DNA of 64,000 bases, taken from NCBI GenBank assembly GCA_013239625.1, contig MU053758.1:1674001-1738000 (forward strand). Direction: 5' to 3'. Positions 1 to 13,092 of the stretch are shown piece after piece. A program made the translations under genes and the position numbers. Within the stretch, counting starts at the first letter, position 1, and each line of letters opens with the position of its first letter. Source of the stretch: Lama guanicoe. Lineage: Eukaryota. The notes beneath the pieces are model-generated. The model ran no database searches. It was not told the origin of the DNA and saw only the letters and a program-made list of their open reading frames with translations.

Positions 1-19
1 GTCAAATCCCATCTGTTGG

Positions 20-200
20 ATTTCAGCTCAGCCATCCAGGTAGGAACTTCTGAATCTCAGTTCTACCATCCAACAGATTTGCTCCCCCTCAAAGCTCTGT
101 GTCATCAGCAAATCTTATCAGCATGCTTTATACATCTTCATCCAACTGGCGGGTGAAAAGATAGACTACATTGCAGCCAAGGACAAAATCCTGTGAGTCA
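20..200 (-). mobile_element. CR1/L3 LINE reverse-transcriptase remnant
   Basis: The minus strand translates LDEDV*SMLIRFADDTEL*GG, which contains the FADD catalytic motif typical of CR1/L3 RT. Confidence 0.75.
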
Positions 201-360
201 GCTCTACCCGTTAAAGTTATCTTGGACTAAGTGCTTACGGCATGCCAGGTGCACAGTCAGCTCTTCACTTTCTTGACCTTATTTAATCCTCACAACAAAT
301 CCTGTGAGTGGGAACCATTATTTTCCAGTTTACACACAGACAAACAGTAGTTCAGACTCT

Positions 361-715
361 AGACTACATTTCCCAGCTTCCCTTGCAGTTAGAAGTGGTC
401 CTTCTAACATCTGACATCTAGCCAATGGAATTTGAGTGGAAGGAGTACACACTGCTTCCAGTCCTGGTCCCTAAAATCCTCCCGTGTAAGCTCCTCCAAG
501 TTCTTTTCCTCTTCTTGTTGCTTGAAAAGCAATGACCCTGTGGATGATCTTGGAAGGCATATATTGAAGATGGCAAAACCTCCGTTAGCCTGGGTCCCTG
601 AATGACTACACAGAGGAAGGCCATTCTGCTAAGCCACCAATGCTGTTTCAAAGGTATGTCAATTACTTTTAAACCACTATCCAATTTGTTATAACAACTA
701 TCCTAACTAATTAAT
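361..715 (+). mobile_element. Ancient ERVL LTR (LTR16-like), inserted in a MIR
   Basis: agactacatttcccagcttcccttgcagttag...gccaatggaa...gaagatggc...agcctgggtccctgaatgac. MIR-like sequence flanks it at about 230-356 and 750-860. Confidence 0.7.
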
Positions 716-3390
716 TAGCTACCCTAACAAAGACAATAGGCTTTGACATAACAAACAAAACAGGAGGCTCAAGGAAATTAAGTAACTTGTCCAACATTAT
801 ACAACTGTTTTGTGGCAAAGCAGGATCTACTCATATCTGACTTCAGCCATTGGTTTCTGCTGCATCTCACTCCCACACTGGTCTAACATCACCTCACACC
901 CATCCACTGTCCCCCTGCCACTCCTCTGCCCAGCCCTTGCTCGGCCACACGGATAAGAACAACTCTCCTTTGCTGTGGGTAATACCTGACTGACTCAGGG
1001 TGGGCCAGTTTTGTAAAATGGTCACTCCCAAACATCACTCTGAGGACAAAGAGACCCTCATTTAAAAGAAGACTCAGGTAAGCCTCTAGGAGGAGATGAC
1101 ACTGCAACTCTCAGGCAGAAGGGATTAGGCCCCCCTTAGGCTCAGCTAACACCTCGATTTTCTGATCATGCAATCTACCAAAGCTTTGGAGCTCCTAACC
1201 TGGGCAGGATCAGATCAGCGCAAGTCTAGACATTGGGATCAGAAGGTGGTTGGGCTCTCCAGACCCAGGTTTAGTCCTGAAGGAGTTGTGAGGACAGAAC
1301 CAGCTATACAATTTAGGGGAGCCTAATGTGAAATGAAGATTTTGCCTCTAGTTTAAAAATTGAGAATTTCAAGACAGCAACAGCAGAGCATTAAACTAAG
1401 CATAGGTCCTTACATGTGGAGCCCTGGGTGATTACACAGGTCACATGCCTACGAAGCTGGCCCTGGTTAGGCCAAGTTAGGCTCCAGAGGTCAAAAGGTC
1501 TCAGTCAGCAGAGGCTGCCCCTAAGGGTGACATCTGGACAGAGCTCAAGTGCTTGGGTAGAAGGACAGGTGAGTGAGACAAGCCGAATGAAGCACAGAAT
1601 CAGCTTTAACTTCCAGCAAGATGACAGGGCAAAAGGAAGATGCAAAGTGTAGCACAACAAGAGCAAGTATACAGGGGCTATAGCCAGAACAGGGGTAAGG
1701 ACGGGCCTGCTGGTCAACCCAATGCTGGGGGAGGCTGTGGGAGCTGAGGTAGGGGGCCCATCCTGGCTAAGGCAAAACCACTTCAGGGCTGGTGTGCAGC
1801 CCAGGACCCACCCAAAAAAGGCAGGAATCCCCTTCAAAGTAGATTGAGGATCCTGCCAGAAGCAACATATTTGCCCTCAAGCTCTCTCAAGCAAGCCGAC
1901 TGAGCAATGGGTTTCAGAACAGGGCAGCAGGTGGGAAGTCTGTGTATTCCTGGAGAACAGATACCCCTAGGAAGCTAAGGACCAGACACTCATATGACAG
2001 CAGCATAAATATGGCCTTTCATCTTTTCTGCCTCTGTACTTTTATATTTCCTTTCCTTTTCCTTTCATGTCTCAGTAAAGTTCCTTTTGAAAATTCCAAC
2101 CCAGCTCCTCTGTGCTGAGTAAAAAGGGGCAAAGAGAGGACAGGAAAGTTGGGTTAATGGAATTCCCTGGGTGAGGAGGTCTGGTAGCTGCCAGTCTACT
2201 TGGAGACCTAACTGGAGTTGTCACTCAGTTTTCACACCTGGAGTGATGTGGTGGCTGCCACCAGCTGATTTCTAAGTGCAATGGCCCCTTATTTCATCAT
2301 GTGAATCTTTGTCCCGTACTTCACTGAAATACCCATGCACCTCCAAGCTGTGGGCCCAAGGCTAAGGAGCAGGGGCCTTCTCAAGGAACCCCTTGCAAGA
2401 GGTACAGACAAATATGACTTAGTGAGGAAGCTGGGCTCCTCTAAGCAGATTCACATTGTTGACCAGCAGAACTCAAACACTCTCTGGAAAGAACTGCAAA
2501 AATTCTTAATACTGGGCACAGAGGATGCGGAAGCGTGTAGAAGGGCAGGCGCTGCCCTGATTGTATAGCCTCACAGTGCTGGAGCTTGACCTCAGGTCTC
2601 TTGTATCCTTGGCCACCAAGAGGGAAACCAGAGGGAGGAGCAGGGCCTCTGTCTCAGACCCCAGGGACTGACAAGGGAAGGCTGCAGTGGGCTGGGGCCA
2701 CTCACTCAGTGGATGGACAGCTTAAGGCAGCTCCTCCCTTTAATGGTGCCAGACAATCGAATCTTGGCCAGACATCCAGTTGCTAAATTTGGATCAGAGG
2801 ACCATCTTCTGTTAACCCTTCTGTGTCTAAGCATTTGGGGGTGGGTGGTTCTCTATTCTTCATTCCTCTGAAAAAGCTAAAGCCCTGTTTCAGCTGCACT
2901 AGGATGGGAGGAGGGTTTTCCTTGGCTATTTCTGGTCTCAGAGATCAGAGAACTGGAGTGGTGGCAACTGTGGCCAGTCAGCACCAAGCTGAACAAGCTA
3001 GCAACACCTGAACACTCTACCTGAATACTCTACTCTGGAGTCGCAAGCCAGAATGAAAGCAGACAGAGGGCAGAGTGAAACCAGGCAGCTGACCACATGA
3101 GAGTAAGGCTGCAGGCCACAGGGGAGCCAGACTGTGGACCATCAGGAAGCATGACCATAGCAAAAGCAGGCATCAAGCCAGAAAAAAAGAAAACAGGAAT
3201 TGTGCCAGATAGTCAAAGGTTTGTGGGTCACAGAAAAATCAGGCCACAGAGGAGAAGGAAATCAGGCTTCAGAACAGACCATCGTCACCTGTGATTCAGA
3301 AGGAAGGGAGCTGCGCCTCCCCGGGGACCAGGCTTCGGGCCACCCAAGCTGCACCCCAAGCCCTCCCCCCGCAGCTGGGCCCGGCCTCAC

Positions 3391-3566
3391 TTGAGCTGCT
3401 GGGTGATGAGCTCCTCGTCGTTGAGGTAGCGCAGCCGCTCCTCCTCCACCAGGGTGCGCTGCCGCTGCAGCGGGTCTTCCTGCCGCCGCGCCGCCTCCGA
3501 CACGCGCATGCTCAGCTCCGCCTCCGTGCCCTTCAGCAGCGCGCGCAACGACTCCAGGTTCTGTAG
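3391..3566 (-). CDS. SRCIN1: SRCIN1 coiled-coil exon (LQNLESLRALLKG...ELITQQL)
   Basis: ccgcag|CTA CAG ... CTC AA|gtgagg; 176 nt; the next exon was not found in 1-3390. Confidence 0.95.
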
Positions 3567-4703
3567 CTGCGGGACGCAGATGGACGGATGGACGGGGGTG
3601 GGAGGGAAAGGAGGCGCGCAGCAGGGAGCGGGCCGGGAGGAGGCGAGCAGAGGACAGCCCGACGCCGGGCGGGCTCCACAGAAGATACGGCTACTCGGCT
3701 GTGGCCTGAGCAGCAACGAAAGGGTGGGTTGGTGGAGGGCATAGGCCGAGAGCTAAGTTCTGGGGAAGAATAGAGGCAGGAGGGGAACAGCCTGGGGATA
3801 GTGGAGGGAGGAGTGCCAAGGTGGGCCAAGCTGAGGGTGCGGCTGCATGGCTGTAGCCTTTAGCTGCGGCGAAGGGGTAAGATGGTGAAGAGCGGAGGAC
3901 AAGGTTATGTTCTGGGTAAAGCCAGAGGCAGGAGAACGGGAGAAAAGTATCTAGGGGGCAAGGGGTGGCCCTACGTAGGGCCTTGCCCACCTTGCGGCCG
4001 CATGGCTGTTGCTTCGATGAAGGACTCAAGCATTGAGGTTTGATAAGAGTTTCCGTGGCTGGGACAGGAAACTAAACGTTCGAACCCACTTCTAAGTCCG
4101 AGTTGGGGCGATAGTGGGGGTGGATGAGATCTTACCCATTGCCCAGATGGCAACTCTCTGCCCTTTCTCCAGCCTGTCTCTGCTCATTATTCTCACCTGA
4201 TGGGCCCTGGGGCCCTCTCGAGGAGCGGGCACAGTGATGCCAGGCTCCTGACTGGTGGGACCATCTGCCAGGCGGGGCAGGCTCCGGAAGACTGTGCGGG
4301 CTCAGGAAGGGAGAGCTGAGGGGACCTGGGGGAAGGGCTTCAGGCCAAGGGAGGAGAAGGCGGAAGAAATGCGGGGTAGAAAGGGACTGGGACAGCCCTG
4401 TGGGATCCTGACAGGAGGAAGGGACTTACTGACGTGGACTCCAGGAGAGCGGTGAGGATTCAGGGAAGGGGAAAAGGGGGCTCAGTGAGAAGAACACGGG
4501 CGAGGGATGGGCTTGGTGAGGGAGTAGAGATTCAGCGAGGTGTGGGGAGTTCCAGGAAGGTTTCGGAGAGCAGCACAGTGAGCGGCGAGGGACTCGGGCT
4601 GGGACAGACTTTGGGGAAGGAGTTTTGGCGCAAGTGAGTGGGTTCTGGCGGGGCAGGGTTTGAAGGGGCAGGGCACGGGGCCAGGCCCCGGAGTGGGTGG
4701 TAC

Positions 4704-4891
4704 CTGGAGCTTCCGCAATTGCTGAAGCTGGCTACGCAGGTCATTGGTGCTGTTCTGCAGGCCACGCAGGTGCAGCTGCATCTGCAAACGGTTGATGGCA
4801 GTGGGCTGTCCCGCAGGGGTGCTGCTGGCCGAGGGTGGGGGAGGGCCAGACACTGGGGTGGCCCCACTGCTCCGGCTGCCTGACCCACAGG
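4704..4891 (-). CDS. SRCIN1: SRCIN1 exon (PCGSGSRSSG...QLQQLRKLQ), start of the coiled coil
   Basis: tctctgcag|CC TGT ... CTC CAG|gtacca; 188 nt. Confidence 0.95.
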
Positions 4892-5189
4892 CTGCAGAGA
4901 GGAGCCACGAGGATGGGAGAAAGGGAATAAATTGTGAGCCTGGGAGGGGCCAGGGCAAGGCTCTCCCCACTCCTGGCCCCACACAGTAGCCAGAGAGATA
5001 CGTGGCTCTGGCTCCCTGCCCCAAGAAGTGGTCAGCCCTTCTGTGGGGAGCAAAGCACCAGAGCAAAGACATCTTGGGCTAAGGTAACTACTCATTTATC
5101 CACTGAAGCCTAGTGATGTAGCCACTTTACAGATTAAGAATGTGAGGCAAGGGCAAGGACCTGTGGGGGATGGGGGAAGGGTCACTCAC

Positions 5190-5233
5190 GTGCTGAGGGA
5201 GTAGCTGCTCCATTGGAGCCTTCAATCTTCTCA
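5190..5233 (-). CDS. SRCIN1: SRCIN1 44-nt exon (EKIEGSNGAATPSA)
   Basis: gccacag|T GAG AAG ... GCA C|gtgagt; phase 2 to 1. Confidence 0.93.
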
Positions 5234-5478
5234 CTGTGGCACAAGGAAAAGATTGCCATCTGGGGATCCAGGCTGGCCCCAAACCATCGAAGCTGGGTGA
5301 GACCTTAACATAATCTCCTCCACTCCCCTGATCTCAGGACAGAGTCCCAGGGAAGGAAAGGAATTCACTCAGGGCAACACGAGACATTAGCAGACCTAGT
5401 CCAGGGCTTCTGCTGCTCACTTTCCCTTCCTCGCCCCAATCACAGGCCCTGGCAGTGATGTTGGGGGAAGAGCCTCAC

Positions 5479-5571
5479 CTGGGGGTCTCAGGCTCCGAGC
5501 CTCGCAGTAGGGCACTCTGCACCAGGCCTGTGAGGCTGGCAATCTGTTTCTCCATGGCCTCCATGCGCTCC
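5479..5571 (-). CDS. SRCIN1: SRCIN1 exon (ERMEAMEKQIASLTGLVQSALLRGSEPETPS)
   Basis: cttctccag|G GAG ... CCC AG|gtgagg; 93 nt; phase 2/2. Confidence 0.95.
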
Positions 5572-6644
5572 CTGGAGAAGATGGTGGCTTTGGCAACCCC
5601 TTCTCTGGACATAGGGTCCCTCTTGCCCAGCCCCCCATTCTTGGAACTGATAATTGATAATTACAGGAAATAACATTCCCTCCCCAGCCTCCAGCACACA
5701 GACAATTCAAAGGGCCTCAATGCCTAGGGATCAAGCCCACAGCCCCTCACCTAACATTGGTAAGGCCCTTCACCATATGACAGTCACCCCCGACCCTCTC
5801 CAGCCTCATCTCTCATCACTGGCTCCCTTTTGGGCCCCACCGCAGCCTCTGTAGGCATCTGCACATGTTTTCCCCTTGCCAGGCATGCCCTCCTCCCTGC
5901 CTCCTCTCTGAAGCCATCTCAGAGTCCCCAGTAGCCTTGAGGAGTCTGTGTACACCCTCCCAAGGGAAGAACAAATATTTTCTACTGTGTCTCCCTCACT
6001 AGACAGGGCAGGAACCTGGTTTGCCCAACTTGGCATAGATAGTGCTCGGTGCAGTGCCTGGCACACAGGCCACAAGAGAACTGTGTGAATAAATGGCTTC
6101 TCCTCATCTCTCAGCACTGCTACTTGAGGGCAGAGTAGGGCAGGTCAGTGCTCTGCTTACCTCCTCCAGCCCTATACCCTTAGGAGGGAGCTGAACGATG
6201 GACAAGAGTTCCCTAGCTGAGAGCTACTTAAAGAAATGTGTTACCAGCACCCCCACCCCGGTGGACTTCAGCCGGCCCTGTGCTGGACAGCTCTCATGGC
6301 TCACATTCTGTGTCTGAGCAGGAAAGGCACTAGAGTGCTGCTTCAGCCTCAATTTTAGTTGCAGAAACTGAGGCTTATGGACTGGATGCAAACCCAGGTC
6401 TCTAGAGTCCTTGTCTGGGGCCCTATCGACCAGCCCTCAGGCCTTGCAGGCAGACAGGAAATGGCACGTCCGTCTCTCCAGTGTCTTCCCTGTCACATCC
6501 AAGATACTCTGGCGACCCCTCAAGACTACTTCGGATCTACAAAGGACTCCGGGTTTCAGAGTTCAGGACACAATATGCCACAGACTGCAGTGCCCTTCTC
6601 CCCACGTCACCCGTGCAGCCCGGAGCCTCGCGAGCGTCCCTCAC

Positions 6645-7507
6645 CTGGTCTCCGTGTCCTTGGCTGGCACAGGCGACCCAAACCCAACGAGCGGCCGCTC
6701 TCCAGGCCCGGGGAAGAGCTCGGGAGGCGGGGCCCCGGCCGTCGAGGAGCCCCCTGTGCTGCGGGTCTTGCCTCCGGGGCTCTCGGCGAAGACTGACGAG
6801 GAGCCCGAGTCTTTGCGGAAGGACTGGCGCACCGGCGAGCCGCGACTGGGCGGCCCCGAGTAGGGGCTGTGCGGCGGCGGGGGGCCTCCGGGGGGCGCCG
6901 CCACGTCGGACAGCTTCTGCGGTGACGAGGGCGGCAGGCGGAAGCCGTAGGCGTCGCCGTAGAGCGGGCCGCCGCCCGCCGCCTTGTACAGCGAGTCCTC
7001 CAGGTCGGACTGCAGCGCGGCGGCCGAGTAGGTGCTGAGCGAGCGCACCGAGCCGCGCTTGTACAGGCCGCCCGCGCCGGGATAGGCGAACGGGTCGCCA
7101 GCGGCCGCGGCCAGGCTCAGGCGGCCTTCGTGGAGCAGCCCGTAGGGGTCGGCGTAAAGGCCCTCGCCCTTCACCAGCACCATGCCGCCCGCTTTGCCCG
7201 CCAGGTCCTCATCCGGCTTCACGTCGCGCCGCTCCAGGATGGCGCTGGGGCTCGGGCTGACGCCCGGGGCGGCGGGGGCACCTCCCAGCCGCTCCGCCGC
7301 GTGGTGCACCGGGCTGCCGGCGTAGGAGGGCGGGCGCCCCGCGGCGTAAGAGAGGCGCGAGCGCGAAGGCGAGCCCGACGGCAGCCCTGACGGCAGCCCG
7401 GACGGTAACCCTGGCGGCGGCGAACCGGACGCCAGGTGCGGCGCCGGTGACAGGTTGTTGAGGCGCCGCGTGGGCGATGACTCCCGCGACGCATACACCA
7501 TCTCTCT
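6645..7507 (-). CDS. SRCIN1: SRCIN1 large proline/serine-rich exon (REMVYASRESSP...AKDTETR)
   Basis: ctgcacag|AGA GAG ATG ... ACC AG|gtgagg; 863 nt; corresponds to ORF 6641..7501; contains EGLYA; CpG-rich. Confidence 0.97.
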
Positions 7508-7996
7508 CTGTGCAGGAGACAGTCCCGGAACCCCACAGGACTGGTCACAAAAGGGATCTCTTGCCCCTTGCTTGAGGAGCCAGCGGCTCCCCTCTGACGC
7601 TTAGGAAGTCCCTTCTGTTCTCTGCCTTCCCTCCCTCCTGCTGCCCCTTGGGCCCCTTTCCCATCAGGGCTCCCAGCACAGGGGAAGAAGTGGCAGGTGG
7701 AGAGGCACAAGAGGAGCAACCCCCAGCCACCCTATGGTGAGGGATGGAGAAGCAAAAACGGAAGGGTGGTTCCTGAGAGAGGCCTCAAACAATATTTAGA
7801 GGCTGTTCGATCTTGATCGGACAAGAGGGGAAAATGGTAGGTGAAGGGAGGGACTCCTCCATGACCCCACGATTAATGGAGGCCACCCTCTGCTTCAGCC
7901 TCCACGTTCCCTTCTCCAAAGCTGGCCCTGGTCCCCGGTGACATGTGACTAGGCTCTGTACAGCCTCCCCAATGCCCTGGGCATCCCCAACCATAC

Positions 7997-8090
7997 CCGG
8001 AGGTCCCCGTTGGTGAGGTGTGAGCCAGGGAAAGCGGCGTAGAGTGGCTCCTTCCTATAGATCTTGATAATACTGCGGTCCTGGATGTCC
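7997..8090 (-). CDS. SRCIN1: SRCIN1 exon (DIQDRSIIKIYRKEPLYAAFPGSHLTNGDLR)
   Basis: ctcccccag|G GAC ... CGG|gtatgg; 94 nt; contains the EPLYA motif. Confidence 0.96.
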
Positions 8091-8534
8091 CTGGGGGAGG
8101 GAGGGGTGCAGAAGGTCACCATCCCCCAGCCCTACGATAAAGAGGGGCAGCTACTCCAGGCAGAAGAAAGAAGAGTGGCAAGAGGGGCCAGGAGCCCCAA
8201 CCCCTTCCTAAATACTTGCTCAATGGTTCTCGTGCCTCAGGCTGCCTGCCAACACCCACACCCAGCAGCTTCCACCCGCCCACCTCCTCGGCCTCAAGCG
8301 CCATTTTCAAGGTAGCGCAAACCAAAGCCAACCAGCAGGGTGGAAGATATAAAGGGGAGGGTAGGGCCAGCGACCGAAGAAAGGGGAGGGGCAGTAGGGC
8401 TCCGGGAGGAGATGGGAGGGGCTAAGTTTGGGTCAGGAGCGGGTTGGGGAATGGCCTGCGGAGTCGAGACCCCCACCCCCGCCCCAGGAGGAGAATGGGG
8501 AAGCCCACTCCATCCCCCCGGGGGCCACGCCCAC

Positions 8535-8733
8535 CGGACATCCTCCAGCTCATAGAAGACGTTCCGAGCCTCGTCTTTGATGAGGATGGCTGTGTTGGGC
8601 GACTTAAGCATGCCCATGGTGAGCTTCTGCGGGAACATGTGAGCGATGAGTGCGTGCAGGGTGTCCAGGCTGCTGACCTCGTGCGTGATGTGCACGCGCC
8701 GAGTCTCCTCCCCGAACTGCAGGAACAGCACCC
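8535..8733 (-). CDS. SRCIN1: SRCIN1 exon (GVLFLQFGEETRR...FYELEDVR), AIP3/actin-interacting-like region
   Basis: ctccttcgtag|GG ... CG|gtgggc; 199 nt; phase 1 to 2. Confidence 0.96.
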
Positions 8734-9353
8734 CTACGAAGGAGACGCCAGGCTCTCTGTCAGTGCCACCACCACTACCATCACCACGTCGCCGGCCCAG
8801 GGAGCCTTCGGGAGCCTCGCTGGTCCCGCAGAGGCAGGGCCTGAGGCCAGACGCTGCCCCAGAGTGCAGGTGCACCCAGGCACTCCTCATGCTGTCGGCC
8901 TCTCAAGGCACCTCCCCGACCCTAGGCAGATTGGAGTCCGGACAAGGAAGTGGAATTGGAGGCAGGAGCAGGTGGGGCAGAAACAGAGTAAGTCGTTGCT
9001 GATGGGGAGAGAGGTGAGAAGGGAGTGGATGAAGGAAAGAGGGGCTGCTGAAGAGGGATGGAGAGAGGAGCTTGGAGAAAGAGAGGGCAGCAGATGCAGG
9101 GGATGCTGAGGGAAGGAGAAGTGAGGGAAGAGGGAGGTGGAAGAAGGCTGGGAAGAGAGAAGCTGAGGAGGGAGAGGCTCTGAGAGAAGATTGCCAGGGG
9201 CATGAGTGGGGAGGAAGGGAGCCAGAGGCTTCATAGAAAGATGGTTAAGGAAAGGCTGGGTAGTGAAGAGGACACGAGGTTTCCAAGGCGGAGCAGAGCA
9301 GAGGGAGGAGCCAGTGGCTGGGAGGGAAGATGGACAGGGCAGCTGGGTAGTAC

Positions 9354-9549
9354 CTGGCGAGCGCAGCTTGGTCTGGCTGGCTGAGCGGGAGAGGGGCAGG
9401 CTCTGTCGGAAGCGGTTCATCCTACTGAAGCCCAGGGGCAGCTCTGCCTCCGACATGGTCTCCAGTGACTCAGCAGAGGCGTAGGACAGCTTAGCTGCCT
9501 GGTCTGCCAGTCCAGGCTGGGCTCCCTGAGTGTGGCGCGAGCTGCGGGT
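9354..9549 (-). CDS. SRCIN1: SRCIN1 exon (TRSSRHTQG...QTKLRSP)
   Basis: cccctgcag|ACC ... CCA G|gtacta; 196 nt; phase 0 to 1. Confidence 0.96.
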
Positions 9550-11879
9550 CTGCAGGGGCAGGGCCGGGTGAGGGGAACCAGGCATGAGCCCCTTCTCTCT
9601 GTCCACTGCTCCCAACCAGGGGAGCCCCAGCCAGCCAGAAAGACACACACCCACCCCACCCCACACACACCCACAGGGGTCTCCTGGATTCCAGACTCGC
9701 TGTGTGGCTGCAGGAGAGTTCCCCAGCCTCTTGGGGCCTTGGCCTCCCTGGGACACTCAGCAGGTAAGGAGTGGGCAAAGGACTCAGGCACCCTGGGAAG
9801 CCAGATCAGAAACCATCTGAGCTGGAGCCATGGGCACACCTGCTATTTTGAGCTCCCAAAGAACAACACCACAAATTTGTCACCGAGGTGAGCAGCAGAA
9901 TCATTGAGCAAATTGGGGCATTAGTTCCAGACATTAATTAAGCAGTGGTTTTGTGAGCGGTGAATTTATACTTCGTGGAGTTCAGAGGGTTGGGGTGGGA
10001 GTGGGAAGCAGGGCCCAGGGAGGAAATAGAGAGCTACGGCCCACAGGATCCCAGCTCTGGGAGGCATGAGCCCTTACAGTGGCGGGCACAATGTCCCGGA
10101 TCTAGGGCGACTGAGAAAACCACCCTAAAACTGAGCTGGACCTCAGTTTCAAACAGACTACTTGCCTAGTACATGCAATGCGCATGCTCAGCCCAGTGCG
10201 GTCCACACAAGCACATGGCATCAGTGCCAGACCTCAGCCCCTCCTTGCATGGCACATGCTGCCACACAGCCACCTTGCCTGGCTGGCCTCCTGGAAAGGC
10301 CTCCTCCAGTACCCAGCAGGGCAGCTCCTTGCCCTGAAGCTACAACTGAGGCTAGGAAAGGTGTCACCCAGGGACCATTCCCTGCCCCAGGGACAGCTCA
10401 ATTACTCTCTCTTTGAGGGAGGGAGGGGTGACCAGGATTTCAATTGCATTCAGGAGCCTACTTCTGGCTGAAGCAGAGCTATCACTGGGGCACTCCTGAC
10501 AGTATACCCTAGCCCCTTCCCTCAAACCTGGTTGCTGTTGGAAACTCATTTATTTAAGGGAGAAAGATAAGGAATCAGATCTACATCATTCTATGTTATG
10601 TAACATTATATACCTGTGTTATATGGATAATATATATATATATATATTATCGAGAAAAAATCATGTTGCCTAATTTATTTTTCTATGAGATAAACTGCCT
10701 GTTTTAAACAACAAATCACTCAAAACCAGTAACATTGGTTATCTTGGGGTTGAGACAGAGCTTTCTCTTTTTACATTACACATTTTTCTGCTGGATGACT
10801 TTTGCACAGTCAGAATATATCACATTTATAACTTAAAAAGACAGTAAAACTCTCTCTTAAAAGGAGTCATTTCTTCTTCTCCTAAGCTCCCTCCTTTCCC
10901 AAATCCTGATTAACCCCTAATTAATCTCCATTTTCAGATTAACTCAATTTAATGTTCCAATCAGATTAGTACTCTCAGAAAGAGAGAGCATCTTCCTCTG
11001 ATGGGCAATATGCTCAGCTGTCTCCAAAGTGGCCTCAAGGGCTTAGGGATGTAGCAGGTCAGTTTCGAGGACCTTAATGGGCATCCAGCCTCAAGCACAA
11101 TTCCTTGACCAGCAGGTGGGCATGGGTCTGGGGAGGAGGGAGGCAGCATAGGAACTGGGCCCACTTGGGGGATGTCTGTGCCCAGACTTTGGACCCTGCA
11201 GCTGAGTTCTAGGCTGATCACCAGTGCCGGCCATGGCCCTCTGTCTCACTGCTGTGTGGGGAAACAGGCCTGGTCTGATGGTCATGGGGTTGCCAGGCAA
11301 CTGGAAGGTCAGCGGTTGCCAGGCTGGTGAGGATAAGGGGCTATAGAATTCAGGCAGAATAAGGCAGCTAACAGGGATGAAGCGTAGGGGTAGCCAGAGT
11401 GCCTGGCGGGGACACAAGTGAGTGGCCAATAAGAAGATGGAACAGGGGCCAGAATGAAGTGGGGCAGGGATCCTAGGGACTGAGAAGGCAGCCCCCTGCC
11501 CAAGGAATCCTGGGAGAAGAGTTGCCCACATTCCCTGCCCCACCAGTTCCTGCCTCCATCCTGGTCTTCTAGGCACCTTTCCATTCTCAGTTTTTGTAGA
11601 AAACCCTTTTGAGAAGAGAGAATGCCCATTTGCGCTTCTCTCCAGCCCTAGGTTGGGAGAACAGGGCAGAAAAAATTGAGACATCCAGAAGGACTTCCTC
11701 ACTACAAGGGAGATGGCAAGAGAACAAAACAGTAATTCAAGCAGAGCTCTCCAAAGATAGGAAGGGGCTTCCCGAAGAGGGAAACAGTGAGCACCGGTCC
11801 CTGTAGATGCTCCAGGGAGAAGCCGATGACTCAGAGATCAGTCAGATGGAACCTTGAGTAGGGGCAGTCAGACTAGGAG

Positions 11880-12040
11880 CTGAGGTTCCCAAAAGCTGTA
11901 CACAGACTGGAGCAGAATCAGTTGAGTGCTTTTAAAACCACTCTTTTCAGGGCCCCACATTCATAGAATCTGAATCTCTGGGGGTTGGAGTCTGTGGTTC
12001 AAGGTTTTTGACAGGTTCCCAAGGTGGTTCTGATTTGGGA
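11880..12040. mobile_element. Degenerate MER5-like DNA transposon remnant
   Basis: agaatcag...gggccccac...gaatctctggggg...acaggttcccaaggtggttctgat pattern. Confidence 0.55.
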
Positions 12041-13068
12041 GTCTAGTCAGTATCCATGATTCTAACAGCTAATGAGGTAAGGCTCACTATGAGCCAGGCA
12101 CTGTGCTTAGGACGTTCGATCTTGCATTTCTTCTATCTTTATAAAAACTCTCTGATGCAGATATTGCTCCATTTTATGGAGGAGAAACCAAAGCCAGGAA
12201 ATTATGTAAGTTGCCCCAGGTCACCCAGCTAGTTAGTAGCAGACTAGAATTCCCACCAGGCAGACTGACTCTTGGACCCATGCTTTGAACCACTACACTC
12301 TACTGCTTCCTCTAAAAAGGCTGTATGCTCGATGCCATGATTCTGTGATTCTCTGATTCAAGGACTTCTCTCTGGGATGATGCATGCAAACAAGATGCTT
12401 GGAGCAAGATGACACTTGCCTCCCACCCCTGTCATGATGCCCAGGACTTGAGGGGCCGGAGACTCCAGGGCACAGGCAGCAGTCTAACTCTGTTAGATTC
12501 TGAGCCTGGGTACCAGAGCGTGCTCCCCCCAGGGGTCAGTAGGATGCCTCTCAGGCTATGGATAGTCCAAACTCTCCAGAGGAGGCAGGAAGGCACCATC
12601 CCTGAGCTCAGCCCTCCACCTGGGCAACAGATTTGGGAGTGCAGGGCTCTGAGTCTCTTGCTGGGCACTGACCAGCTCCCCAAAGTGGAAAGTAGGAAAG
12701 GGATGAGGGACCCATCATAGTCACAGGGCCTCCCTGGAAGATGAAATCTGAGTTCAAAGAACAGGGCCCTTCCTCAGAGCCAGCAGTCTCTCCAGGCTGG
12801 GGGGTGGACATGCCTGTCTTATTCAGGGAAACGCCTGAGTATCCCCAGCCCAGATCTCTAGCAGGAGTGGCACAAACTCCCATGCTGGATCCACAAGCCC
12901 CTGGCAGGCGAACCCAAACTCTCTCAAAGCAGCAGCCACAGCCTGCAGCCCCAAGGCCCACCGCCCACACCTTGCAGACGCACACCCTTGTGCAAAGCGT
13001 GTGCAGGGAGGGGCAGGGGCGGGACAGCACATGCAGTTGTCACAGAAGCAGAAGCACCACGCACTGAC

Positions 13069-13092
13069 CTTGAAACTCCAGTAGTTTGGCTG
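13069..13092 (-). CDS. SRCIN1: SRCIN1 microexon (Q)PNYWSFK, 21 or 24 nt via a tandem CAGCAG acceptor
   Basis: ttattttcatcag|CAG|CCA AAC TAC TGG AGT TTC AAG|gtcagt; phase 0/0; absent from the ORF track. Confidence 0.92.

Noticed and set aside
6359..7390. Plus-strand ORFs overlapping the large SRCIN1 exon
   Set aside because: They are antisense shadows of a GC-rich coding exon.
8887..9756. 289-aa ORF as a standalone gene
   Set aside because: It is a real 196-nt exon plus chance read-through into pyrimidine-rich intron.
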